DNA of 32,000 nucleotides from Mucisphaera calidilacus. GTDB lineage: Bacteria > Planctomycetota > Phycisphaerae > Phycisphaerales > Phycisphaeraceae. Below are positions 15,176 through 23,264 of the stretch, piece after piece. The position numbers and the translations under genes are program-made. The stretch is taken from contig NZ_CP036280.1 of assembly GCF_007748075.1 (NCBI RefSeq), positions 2,850,001 through 2,882,000 on the forward strand, in the 5' to 3' direction. A model generated the notes under the pieces. The model saw only the letters and a list, made by a program, of their open reading frames with translations, made no database searches and was not told the origin of the DNA. How positions within the stretch are numbered: position 1 is the first letter of the stretch; each line of letters begins with the position of its first letter.

Positions 15176-15907
15176 ATGGCCATCGTTGTGACCGAACACC
15201 ACCCGCTCGAGACCGCGGCACGCCTGGGAGAAATCCTCCGCGACCACGGCCACCGACTGCGGGTCGTGAAGCTCCACGCAGGAGATTCTCTCCCCGAAGA
15301 CCTCGACAACATCGATGGCCTCGTCTCGATGGGCGGACCCATGGGCGTCGCCGAGACCGACCAGCACGACTGGATCGAACCGGAGATGGCCTTCATCAAA
15401 CAGGCCCACGACGCCGGCCTGCCCGTCACCGGCATCTGCCTCGGCGCACAACTGATCGCCAAGGCCCTAGGCGGCGAGGTCGCCACCATGGATCAACCCG
15501 AGATCGGCTGGGGCGAGGTCGAGACCTCCTTCTTCGGCACCGTCGATCCCATCCTCTTCGGCGTGCCCTGGAAAACGCCGCAGTTTCACGCCCATGGCGA
15601 CGAGGTCACAAAATGCCCGCCCGGCGGCACGCCGATCCCCCTCATGTCCACCAAAGCCTGCAAGGCACAAGCCTTCAGAGTTGGCATGACGACCTACGGC
15701 TTCCAGTTCCACTTCGAGTGGAACCGTGAGCTGATCGGCACCTTCCTCGAAACCTTCAAAGACTGGGTGACACGCAGCGGGTTCGACGCCGACCGCGTCC
15801 GATCCGAGTGCGACAGCCGCTACGACCTCTACCGGCACATCGGGGACAGGCTCTGCGAGAACCTCTCCACGCTGGTGTATCCGCTCGACAAGCGTCGATC
15901 TGCTTAA
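15176..15907 (+). CDS. Class I glutamine amidotransferase (stand-alone GuaA-like GATase1 domain)
   Basis: ATG 15176 is preceded by AGGAGA. Nucleophile elbow is GICLGAQLIA, and the His/Glu dyad is in YGFQFHFE. 243 aa. The track ORF starting at 14777 is an unsupported 5' extension antisense to the QueC-like gene. Confidence 0.85.
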   Translation: MAIVVTEHHPLETAARLGEILRDHGHRLRVVKLHAGDSLPEDLDNIDGLVSMGGPMGVAETDQHDWIEPEMAFIKQAHDAGLPVTGICLGAQLIAKALGGEVATMDQPEIGWGEVETSFFGTVDPILFGVPWKTPQFHAHGDEVTKCPPGGTPIPLMSTKACKAQAFRVGMTTYGFQFHFEWNRELIGTFLETFKDWVTRSGFDADRVRSECDSRYDLYRHIGDRLCENLSTLVYPLDKRRSA

Positions 15908-15963
15908 TATCGCAAGGCTTAGATCAGCGGGCCATGAACCGCCCGCCCAAGACGGGGTAATCT

Positions 15964-17214
15964 GTGGTGATGCGGGTGTATCGGAGTCGACATCGACAGC
16001 AGCATGATTCAGCGGCCCACGAGGCCGACCATCAGCCTGCTCCCATCCTTGAGAACGATCTGGTTCCCCAGGGCGAACCGGAGATGGTCGCCACGCAGGA
16101 CCAGCTCCGCGACCTCATTGACCATCTCGCGACCACCTCCTGCTTCGGCTACGACACCGAGTTCATCGGCGAGACCACCTTCTACCCCCGTATCTGCCTG
16201 ATCCAGATCGCGACGCAGGACAAGCTCTACCTGATCGACAGCCTCGCCGACATCGACCTCCTGCCATTCTGGAACCTGCTCGCCACACCCGGACCGGTGA
16301 AACTCGTTCATGCCGGCCGCCAGGACCTCGAGCCCGTCCCCCGCCTCACCGGCAAGCCGCCACGAACCCTCTACGACGTCCAGATCGCCGCCGGCTTCTG
16401 CGGGCTCGGCTACCCGCTCTCGCTCGGAAAACTCATCGAGGCCGTCACCGGCGCCGACCTCGGCCACAGCGTCAAGTTCAGCCAGTGGGATCGCCGACCC
16501 CTGACCGACAAACAAAAGCACTACGCCGCCAACGACGTCCGCTACCTGCCACTGGCCTACCTCGGGCTCAAAAAACGCATTGATCAACTCGGCCACACCG
16601 ACAAGGTCGCCGAGGACATGCTCGCCCTCGAAGAGGCGGATCGCTATCTCTTCGACCCCTTGAGCGGGCGCCTGCGCGGCGCCGGTGCCGGGCGTCTCAA
16701 CCGCCGTGGCCGCGCTCTCCTCGAACGGCTGCTCATCAAACGCTTCGAGATCGCCCGCGCCGTCAACCTGCCTCCACGCAGCCTCATGGGGGACGACGTC
16801 CTCGTCCGCCTCGCCGACCATCCACCCGCCGACACCGAAGCCCTCGCACGCATCAAGGGCATGCCCCGACCCCTGGCACGCGACAACGGCCACGAACTGA
16901 TCGCGGCCATCGAAGACGGCAAACGGGCACCCCTGCCCCCCGCACCCAGGCGGCCGGGCATCGACCCCGACGAGCACAAGGCGCGCATCGAAACCACCTG
17001 GTCCCGACTCCAGAAACACTGCGACGAGCGCTCCATCGACCCGGGCCTGCTCATCAGCAAACGCGACCTCTCGACGCTCCTGCTGCCCGAGTCCGACCGC
17101 CAGAGCCGCGACTACACCATCCCCACGGGCTGGAGACGCGACATACTCAACGAGTGCTGGCCCGACGACCACCCCGACATCACCCTCCCCGACCCGCCCG
17201 GAGCCGATCCGTGA
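15964..17214 (+). CDS. rnd: Ribonuclease D (DEDDy 3'-5' exonuclease + HRDC)
   Basis: Motifs: FGYDTEFIGETTFYPRICLIQIAT (exo I), VHAGRQDLE, HYAANDVRYL (exo III, DEDDy). An HRDC-like region follows. The start is uncertain: GTG 15964, ATG 15970, or ATG 16084 (MVATQDQL). Confidence 0.85.
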   Translation: MVMRVYRSRHRQQHDSAAHEADHQPAPILENDLVPQGEPEMVATQDQLRDLIDHLATTSCFGYDTEFIGETTFYPRICLIQIATQDKLYLIDSLADIDLLPFWNLLATPGPVKLVHAGRQDLEPVPRLTGKPPRTLYDVQIAAGFCGLGYPLSLGKLIEAVTGADLGHSVKFSQWDRRPLTDKQKHYAANDVRYLPLAYLGLKKRIDQLGHTDKVAEDMLALEEADRYLFDPLSGRLRGAGAGRLNRRGRALLERLLIKRFEIARAVNLPPRSLMGDDVLVRLADHPPADTEALARIKGMPRPLARDNGHELIAAIEDGKRAPLPPAPRRPGIDPDEHKARIETTWSRLQKHCDERSIDPGLLISKRDLSTLLLPESDRQSRDYTIPTGWRRDILNECWPDDHPDITLPDPPGADP

Positions 17215-18782
17215 TCCAAGCCGTCTACCAACTGAGCGGCTCCCGTACCGAGGCCGCTTCCCTCGCCGACAAGGTGGCTCTCGAACAGTCGCTTGAAGTC
17301 CCGCGCAGCGTCGCGGAAGCGGCGGGACTACCCGCGGGCACCATCGGCGAGGTCGTCTCCCTCGAACCGGCCCCCGACAGCGCCTGGCTCGCCACCGTCC
17401 ACTACGCCACCTGGCTCGCCAGCCGACGCCCCTCCCAACTGCTCAATCTCCTTGGCGGCAACTGCTCCATGCTCCCAGGCGTCCGGCTCGTCGACGTCAC
17501 GCTGCCCGATGAGCTCACACAGCACTTCGCCGGCCCACGCTACGGCATCCCCGGGCTGCGCGGCACGCTCGGCATCGCCAAGAGACCCCTGCTCTGCTCA
17601 GCCATCAAGCCCCGAGGCGTCTCCAACGAACGACTCGCCGAGGTCGCCGGCGCGATGGCACTCGGCGGATGCGACCTGATCAAGGACGACCACAACCTCG
17701 TCGACGAAGACGCCCAAGCCTTTGCCACACGCATCAGCACCATCCAGCGTGCGGTCCGCGACGCTCAGCAGCAGACCGGCCGCCCCTGCCTCTACCTGCC
17801 CAACCTCGCTGCCGGACCCACCGACTGGGCCGACTACCTCAAGGCACTGGAGAATGCGGGCATCCAGGGCGTGCTGCTCGCGCCGATGCTCATGGGTTTT
17901 GACGCCGTGGCCCACCTGCGCACGAGCACCGACCTGCTGCTCATGGCCCACCCCACCCTCGCCGGCGGGCCGCTGCTCGGCACCGACCACGGCATCGCCC
18001 CCGCCGTCCTGCTCGGAACACTCATGCGCCTGGTGGGCATCGACGCCTCGGTCTTTCCCAACGCCGGCGGACGCTTCGCCTTCACCCAGAAGACCTGCAT
18101 GGACCTCGCCCACGCCCTGCGTCGCGACGACGGCCCCGGCCCCGGCGCCTGGCCGACACCCGCTGGCGGGATGTCGGTCGACCGCATCGACGAGCAGGCC
18201 GAGATCTACGGCCCCGAGACCTGCTGGCTCGTCGGCGGCGCGATGCTCCAGCACCCCGATGGCATCGAGCGCGGTGCCGCCGAGCTGCACGAAGCACTCG
18301 TCGCTCGCTTCGGCGACGAACGCACCGACATCTCCACCTCACAGCACGTTTCTGCTTGTGAAGTCCCCATGCCCGACGGCATCAGCACCGCCGTGCACAC
18401 CGTCCTACGACGACTCGAATCCGGATGGGAAGACCGCCACGCCGTGGACTACAAGGCCGACGACGCCCTGCCCTTCCAAGGCGTCAAACGCTACGAGCTC
18501 ATGGGCAAGGCCGATGAGCCAATGCACTTTGACGTGCGCTACTTCGAACTCGAACCGGGTGGCCACACCAGCCGCGAGAAGCACCGCCACGTCCACGCCA
18601 TCATCGCCGCCGAGGGCCGTGGCGAAGTCGAGATCGACGGCCAGACCAGCCCGCTCGATGCGCACGACCTCGCCTACATCCCGCCGCTCGCCGTCCACCA
18701 GATCCGCAACCGGGACGACAACACCCCCTTCGGCTTCTACTGCATCGTTGACCGCGACCGCGACAGGCCCCAGGCACCCTGA
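17211..18782 (+). CDS. RuBisCO-like protein (form IV RLP) fused in frame to a C-terminal cupin domain
   Basis: I chose GTG 17211 (VIQAVYQL...), which overlaps the rnd stop (GTGA) and is preceded by GGAG. RLP motifs: PLLCSAIKPRGVS and GGCDLIKDDHNL. Cupin motifs: GGHTSREKHRHVHAIIAAEGRGEV and YIPPLAVHQIRN. There is no stop codon between the two parts. Confidence 0.8.
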   Translation: MIQAVYQLSGSRTEAASLADKVALEQSLEVPRSVAEAAGLPAGTIGEVVSLEPAPDSAWLATVHYATWLASRRPSQLLNLLGGNCSMLPGVRLVDVTLPDELTQHFAGPRYGIPGLRGTLGIAKRPLLCSAIKPRGVSNERLAEVAGAMALGGCDLIKDDHNLVDEDAQAFATRISTIQRAVRDAQQQTGRPCLYLPNLAAGPTDWADYLKALENAGIQGVLLAPMLMGFDAVAHLRTSTDLLLMAHPTLAGGPLLGTDHGIAPAVLLGTLMRLVGIDASVFPNAGGRFAFTQKTCMDLAHALRRDDGPGPGAWPTPAGGMSVDRIDEQAEIYGPETCWLVGGAMLQHPDGIERGAAELHEALVARFGDERTDISTSQHVSACEVPMPDGISTAVHTVLRRLESGWEDRHAVDYKADDALPFQGVKRYELMGKADEPMHFDVRYFELEPGGHTSREKHRHVHAIIAAEGRGEVEIDGQTSPLDAHDLAYIPPLAVHQIRNRDDNTPFGFYCIVDRDRDRPQAP

Positions 18783-18790
18783 TCAACCGG

Positions 18791-21514
18791 TCACCGAATC
18801 GGCTCCACCACCGTGTAAAGAACGTCGGGCGAAAGCGTCACCACCCCGTCTCGGCTGCTGCGCTCGCGGACGACCCGCCCGTTCGGGTCAAGATCGGTCA
18901 GCCGCAAACGGTTCGTCCCCAGCCGAAGCGTCACACGCCCGCGGATCTCGCGGAACTGCACGGGCATCGTCCCCACCGACTCGATCCGTAACCCGCCGTC
19001 CTCGTCGCGCTCGGTTTTCCAGTTGTAGTTGGTCTCCTCGCTGATCGCCTGAATCAGGATGCGCTCGCTCTCGACCAGCGGCCGACCGTCCAGCGGCACG
19101 ACAAGACACGACCCGTACGCGTTGTCGATATCGAACACCGCCAACGGCGTCCGGATCAGCCCCGCACCCATCAACGTCCCGCAGACGCCCTGAGCCCTCG
19201 GCGTATCGATCACAGCGACACGTTCACGCGGGCTGACAAGCAACTCGCCATTGATCGACGTGATCCAGCCGTCACGCGGGCGTTGACGCCTGAACTCATC
19301 GGCCAGCACCAGACGTGACGCCTCGGCACCCGGCACAATCCGCGCACGCCCGAGCAGCACCGCCATCTCCATCAGAGACGATGGGTCCATCGGGTCGTTC
19401 GCTCGCGGCCCCACCGCACGCAGCGCATCGAGGTCTGCCGGCCGCGCGAGTCGCGAGCCCCGAAAAGCGAGCAGGTCTTCACGACTCAGGTACTCGGTCA
19501 CCACCAGCGGCGCCTCACGCACCAACCCCTGGCGGAAGATCAGCGACGCCGCCGGGAACTGACCCACCACCGCGGGCGAGAACGCGGAGAACTTGTCCAG
19601 CTGCCGCTCCCAGTCAAGCGTGCCGATCGAGAAAAAGACCACCGCATCCAACCCCGACGCCCTGCCGTAGCCCGCAGCAAGAAAGACCGATTCAGCCCGT
19701 GCGCGATTCGGGAACGGGTAGCCATACTCCGAGATCATGTGCGGTGCGTCGCCGTACTCCGGACGGGCAACCGCCGGTATCGACTCGCCGATGATCGATC
19801 GATCCTCGTAGACATGCCCGGTCCGCACCGAATAACTCGATCCCTCGCCCTCGTGACGACCGCTGAAATAGGCGTGGCGGTCCATCGTTCCGGTTACGGC
19901 ATTGCTCAGCTTCTCCACCGGCATCAGCACCGCGTTGTCCGCCGTCGTCCAGTTCGACGCGATCACACTGCAACGAACGCCCAGGTCCTCCCGCAGGTAA
20001 CGCGCCGTCTCGCGGTAGAACGCCGACTGCAGATCGAGAAAAAACGCGAGCTGATCCGACGCCCGCTGCGGATGACGCGACTGACGCGCCCACTCCTGGT
20101 CCGTCAGAAAACCCGCCGCGTACAGGCCCACCCGGGCGCGGGACAGGTCGTCGCCACGCACGTCGCCCGGCTGAATCCCCCATGCATCGAATGCTCCGCG
20201 TATCGAGCCGTAACGACGCACCAGCCACCGGCCGAACGCCTCCTCGTACTTGTGCGTCGTCGACGCCGGAACGTTGTCGTACGGGCTGAACGTCCAGAAC
20301 AGCAGGCTGTCCTCGTTCTGGATCTCCACCGCAGCTACCGCCGGATTCTGCGCCAGCGTCCGACCCGTGCGCGGGCTGGGCGTCGTCAGCAGCGCACGCA
20401 TCCAGGCACGATGCTCCCGCTGGAGCGTGCGGTCGACGAACAGCAACGCAAAAGGCGGCTTCTCCGCGTCGTACCCCTCGAACCGATCGTCCTCGTGCAG
20501 CCGCAACCACAGCGGGAAGTAGAACGACAGCACGCTGTAGATGCCCTCATCGGCCAGCGACTCCACCCCGAGGATCGTCCGCTCCAGCCGCTCCTCGTCG
20601 ATGTCCGACGGGTGCTCCCGCCAGATCGGCTTGTGAAACCGCGCGAGGTTGACGCCCAGCTTCGCCAGACGCCGCGACAGATAAGCACGGCTCGTGTCGT
20701 CGGGCGGCTCGATCCCGAGATTCACACCCCAGAAACGTGCCTCCTCGCCCGTCTGGTCGTAAACAAAACCCGACCCCTGCGGGATCACAAAACCCTGATC
20801 ACCCGCGCGATCGTGATTGATGCGACGAAGATCGAGGTCCGTCGGTGCGAAGTCATCCGCTCCCACCTCGAACGGGACGTATCCCGGGTTCGACCGCCCC
20901 GTCACCTGGCCCGGACGCAGTTTGCCGTTGGGGACGAAAGGCGAACGCGTCAGCAGCCAGCAGTCGAACGCCGCCGGCCCCGCGTCCGGCAGCATCTCGA
21001 CCCAGAGCACAGCATCCCCCGCCGGCAAATCAACCTCGCCGAGATACACCCAGTTCGCCACAACGTGCGTCCGCAGCGTCACCGAATCGGCCAGCGTGAT
21101 CTCCCGGCCGCACGTCCGCCACGCGTCACGCCCAAAACGCCAGCGAAACGGCCCGTGCTTCCAGAACTTGCGCACCCACAGCTGATGCACGCCCGGCGTC
21201 GTCACGCGAACCCGGTACGACACCCGCGCCCCCGCCGCCCGATCGGTCTGCAGCCAGTCTCCGCCCGAGAGCACGTCACGCTCCGCACTGTCTTCCGGCT
21301 CAAAAGCCGAACTCGCCGGGAACGTGTGACGCGTCGGATGCTCGCCCTCCCACCACACGTAATCGCGTGACTGAGCCGACGCCGTCGACGACATCAGCAG
21401 TACGATCAGAGCAACCACCCACGCCCGCCTAGGCCCGCTGCATCTCGTCCCACGAGACAAGGTGGTCGCGATAAAGCTGAGCGTAGTGCCCGTTCTGTCC
21501 GAGAAGCTCTTCAT
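18791..21514 (-). CDS. Secreted clan GH-A-like glycoside hydrolase (TIM barrel) with an unassigned N-terminal beta-rich domain
   Basis: Up to 907 aa. Signal peptide RRAWVVALIVLLMSSTASA. FWGVNLG and LARFHK lead into a candidate acid/base AVEIQNEDSLLFW and a candidate nucleophile HMISEYGYP. The start is ambiguous. ATG 21514 has a GGAGAG SD-like motif but overlaps the upstream ABC gene by 86 nt. Alternatives are TTG 21460 and GTG 21418. Confidence 0.6.
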   Translation of the reverse strand: MKSFSDRTGTTLSFIATTLSRGTRCSGPRRAWVVALIVLLMSSTASAQSRDYVWWEGEHPTRHTFPASSAFEPEDSAERDVLSGGDWLQTDRAAGARVSYRVRVTTPGVHQLWVRKFWKHGPFRWRFGRDAWRTCGREITLADSVTLRTHVVANWVYLGEVDLPAGDAVLWVEMLPDAGPAAFDCWLLTRSPFVPNGKLRPGQVTGRSNPGYVPFEVGADDFAPTDLDLRRINHDRAGDQGFVIPQGSGFVYDQTGEEARFWGVNLGIEPPDDTSRAYLSRRLAKLGVNLARFHKPIWREHPSDIDEERLERTILGVESLADEGIYSVLSFYFPLWLRLHEDDRFEGYDAEKPPFALLFVDRTLQREHRAWMRALLTTPSPRTGRTLAQNPAVAAVEIQNEDSLLFWTFSPYDNVPASTTHKYEEAFGRWLVRRYGSIRGAFDAWGIQPGDVRGDDLSRARVGLYAAGFLTDQEWARQSRHPQRASDQLAFFLDLQSAFYRETARYLREDLGVRCSVIASNWTTADNAVLMPVEKLSNAVTGTMDRHAYFSGRHEGEGSSYSVRTGHVYEDRSIIGESIPAVARPEYGDAPHMISEYGYPFPNRARAESVFLAAGYGRASGLDAVVFFSIGTLDWERQLDKFSAFSPAVVGQFPAASLIFRQGLVREAPLVVTEYLSREDLLAFRGSRLARPADLDALRAVGPRANDPMDPSSLMEMAVLLGRARIVPGAEASRLVLADEFRRQRPRDGWITSINGELLVSPRERVAVIDTPRAQGVCGTLMGAGLIRTPLAVFDIDNAYGSCLVVPLDGRPLVESERILIQAISEETNYNWKTERDEDGGLRIESVGTMPVQFREIRGRVTLRLGTNRLRLTDLDPNGRVVRERSSRDGVVTLSPDVLYTVVEPIR

Positions 21515-23264
21515 GCCTGCCGCTCTCCGTCATGCGTCCGTTCTGAATCACCAGAATCCTATCCGCCGAACGGATCGTCGATAACCGGTGTGCGATCACA
21601 AACGCAATCCGCTTCTCCAGAACCCGCTCGATCGCGTCCTGGATCAGACGCTCGGTCTCGGTATCCACCGATGACGTCGCCTCGTCCATCACGAAGATCT
21701 CAGGGTCGGCAATCACCGCACGCGCCAAGGCGATCAACTGCTTCTGCCCCGTTGAGAGCAGCACGCCACCCGAACCGACCTGCGTCTGATACCCATCCTT
21801 GAGCCGGTCAATAAACGCGTCCGCACGCACCAGCGCAGCCGCCTCCGCCACCGCGTCGTCGCTGGCGTCCAGCCGGCCATAACGGATGTTCTCCGCCACC
21901 GTCCCGGTAAACAGATGCGGCTGCTGCAGCACGATCCCCAGACGGCTCTGGTACCACGACAGCGAGCGATCCTGCACGTCGTGCTCGTCAATCAGGATCC
22001 GCCCGTGGGTCGGCTCGTAAAAACGACAGAGCAGCGAGACGATCGTCGACTTGCCCCCTCCCGTCGGGCCGACCAGCGCAATCGTCTGTCCCGGCTCAAC
22101 AGCCAGCGAGAAATCGTGCAGCACCGGACGGTCCGGCTTGTAGCCAAACGTTACCCCCTCAAACCGAACGCGACGGATGTGGTTGGGCAGCCCGTCGCAC
22201 GCCAGCCCGGGCTCGTCGCCCCCGTACGCCGCGATGCGCTCAAGCACCGCCTCGCTGTCACGGATCTTCGGCTCGGTCTCCAGCAGGTCGGTGATCCGCT
22301 CCGCCGACGCCTGAGCGCTCTGGATCATCGTCAGCTGACGCGCCATCTCCTTCACCGGCTCCTGCAGGAACGTCGCGAAGTGCATGAACATCGACAGGAT
22401 CCCGATCGTGATCACGCCCGCGATCACATGGTCGCCGCCGAACCACAACGCCCCCGCCACGCCCAGCGAGCAGATCACGCCGATCGTCGGCATAAAAGCC
22501 GCCCCGTACAGCGCGTGCGCCATCGACTCGTTCATCATGCGCGCCGAGACGGCCTCGAAGTCGCGCGCGTTGTTGTCCTCCTGCACCAGGGTCTTGGTCG
22601 TGCGCACGCCGAGGATCGACTCGTTGTACGTCGCCGTCACCCGCGAGTTGGTCTTGCGCACCAGACGTGCCGTCTCCAGCAGCCGGACCTGAAACCACCG
22701 CCCCGCAACCGCCAGCAGCGGCACCGTGCCCATCACGATCGAAGCCAGCACGAAGTCATTGAGAAACAGCACGACCGCCACGACCAGGATCGTCGCCGAA
22801 CCCCACGCAAGGTCGAGTGTCGCCCAGCCCATGATCCGCGCGATCTTGTTGCAGTCGCTCGTCAGACGTGACATCAGCCAGCCCGTCGGCCGGACGTCGA
22901 AGTACCCGAACTCCAGGTCCTGCAGCCGGTCAAAGCTGTCCCGCCGGATGTCGTGCGCCACCCGCGCCGACACGCCGCCCACCAGGTTGATGAACGCCAT
23001 GATCGCCGCCACCAGCACCGCCACCAGAAACGCGTAGATCGGCATCATCAGCCACGCGCGCTCGGCATCGCCCGTGTCCGCCGCGTCAATCACCTGCGCG
23101 AAGACCAGCGGCAGGCCGATCTCGAAACCCGCCACCACCAGCGCGATCACGATCACCAGCACAAAGACGCCCAGGTAAGGACGCCCGAACGCCAGCACAC
23201 GCCGGAAACTCGACAACCGAAAGCCCTGCAGCGGCGCCTCGTCCTCGTAATAACCATCAGCCAT
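21429..23264 (-). CDS. ABC exporter half-transporter (TMD-NBD), canonical catalytic Glu, non-canonical signature motif
   Basis: I chose ATG 23264 (MADGYYEDEAPLQGF), preceded by GAGGAGGA and overlapping the upstream stop by 8 nt. It has six TM helices. Walker A GPTGGGKST, signature LSTGQKQL, Walker B IFVMDEATSSVD, H-loop IAHRLST. Confidence 0.9.
   Translation of the reverse strand: MADGYYEDEAPLQGFRLSSFRRVLAFGRPYLGVFVLVIVIALVVAGFEIGLPLVFAQVIDAADTGDAERAWLMMPIYAFLVAVLVAAIMAFINLVGGVSARVAHDIRRDSFDRLQDLEFGYFDVRPTGWLMSRLTSDCNKIARIMGWATLDLAWGSATILVVAVVLFLNDFVLASIVMGTVPLLAVAGRWFQVRLLETARLVRKTNSRVTATYNESILGVRTTKTLVQEDNNARDFEAVSARMMNESMAHALYGAAFMPTIGVICSLGVAGALWFGGDHVIAGVITIGILSMFMHFATFLQEPVKEMARQLTMIQSAQASAERITDLLETEPKIRDSEAVLERIAAYGGDEPGLACDGLPNHIRRVRFEGVTFGYKPDRPVLHDFSLAVEPGQTIALVGPTGGGKSTIVSLLCRFYEPTHGRILIDEHDVQDRSLSWYQSRLGIVLQQPHLFTGTVAENIRYGRLDASDDAVAEAAALVRADAFIDRLKDGYQTQVGSGGVLLSTGQKQLIALARAVIADPEIFVMDEATSSVDTETERLIQDAIERVLEKRIAFVIAHRLSTIRSADRILVIQNGRMTESGRHEELLGQNGHYAQLYRDHLVSWDEMQRA

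Noticed and set aside
16009-17172. 387-aa minus-strand ORF antisense to rnd
   Set aside because: Same reasoning. The RNase D DEDDy motifs are on the plus strand, and the antisense product is G/A/V/E low-complexity.
17211-18350. Bona fide RuBisCO (CO2-fixing large subunit)
   Set aside because: The Lys177 and Glu204 equivalents are substituted (Arg, His). The N-terminal domain is short. There is no small-subunit, cbbX or prk gene nearby. All of this is consistent with a form IV RuBisCO-like protein.
17722-19044. 440-aa plus-strand ORF in an alternative frame of the RLP-cupin gene, running into the glycosidase gene
   Set aside because: The translation is Pro/Ser/Thr/Ala/Arg-rich without motifs. 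The overlapping frame has RuBisCO-large-subunit and cupin motifs.
19739-21370. 543-aa plus-strand ORF antisense to the glycosidase gene
   Set aside because: Extremely Arg-rich (R, P, V, L, H) nonsense-like translation. The opposite strand has a signal peptide and a coherent globular sequence.
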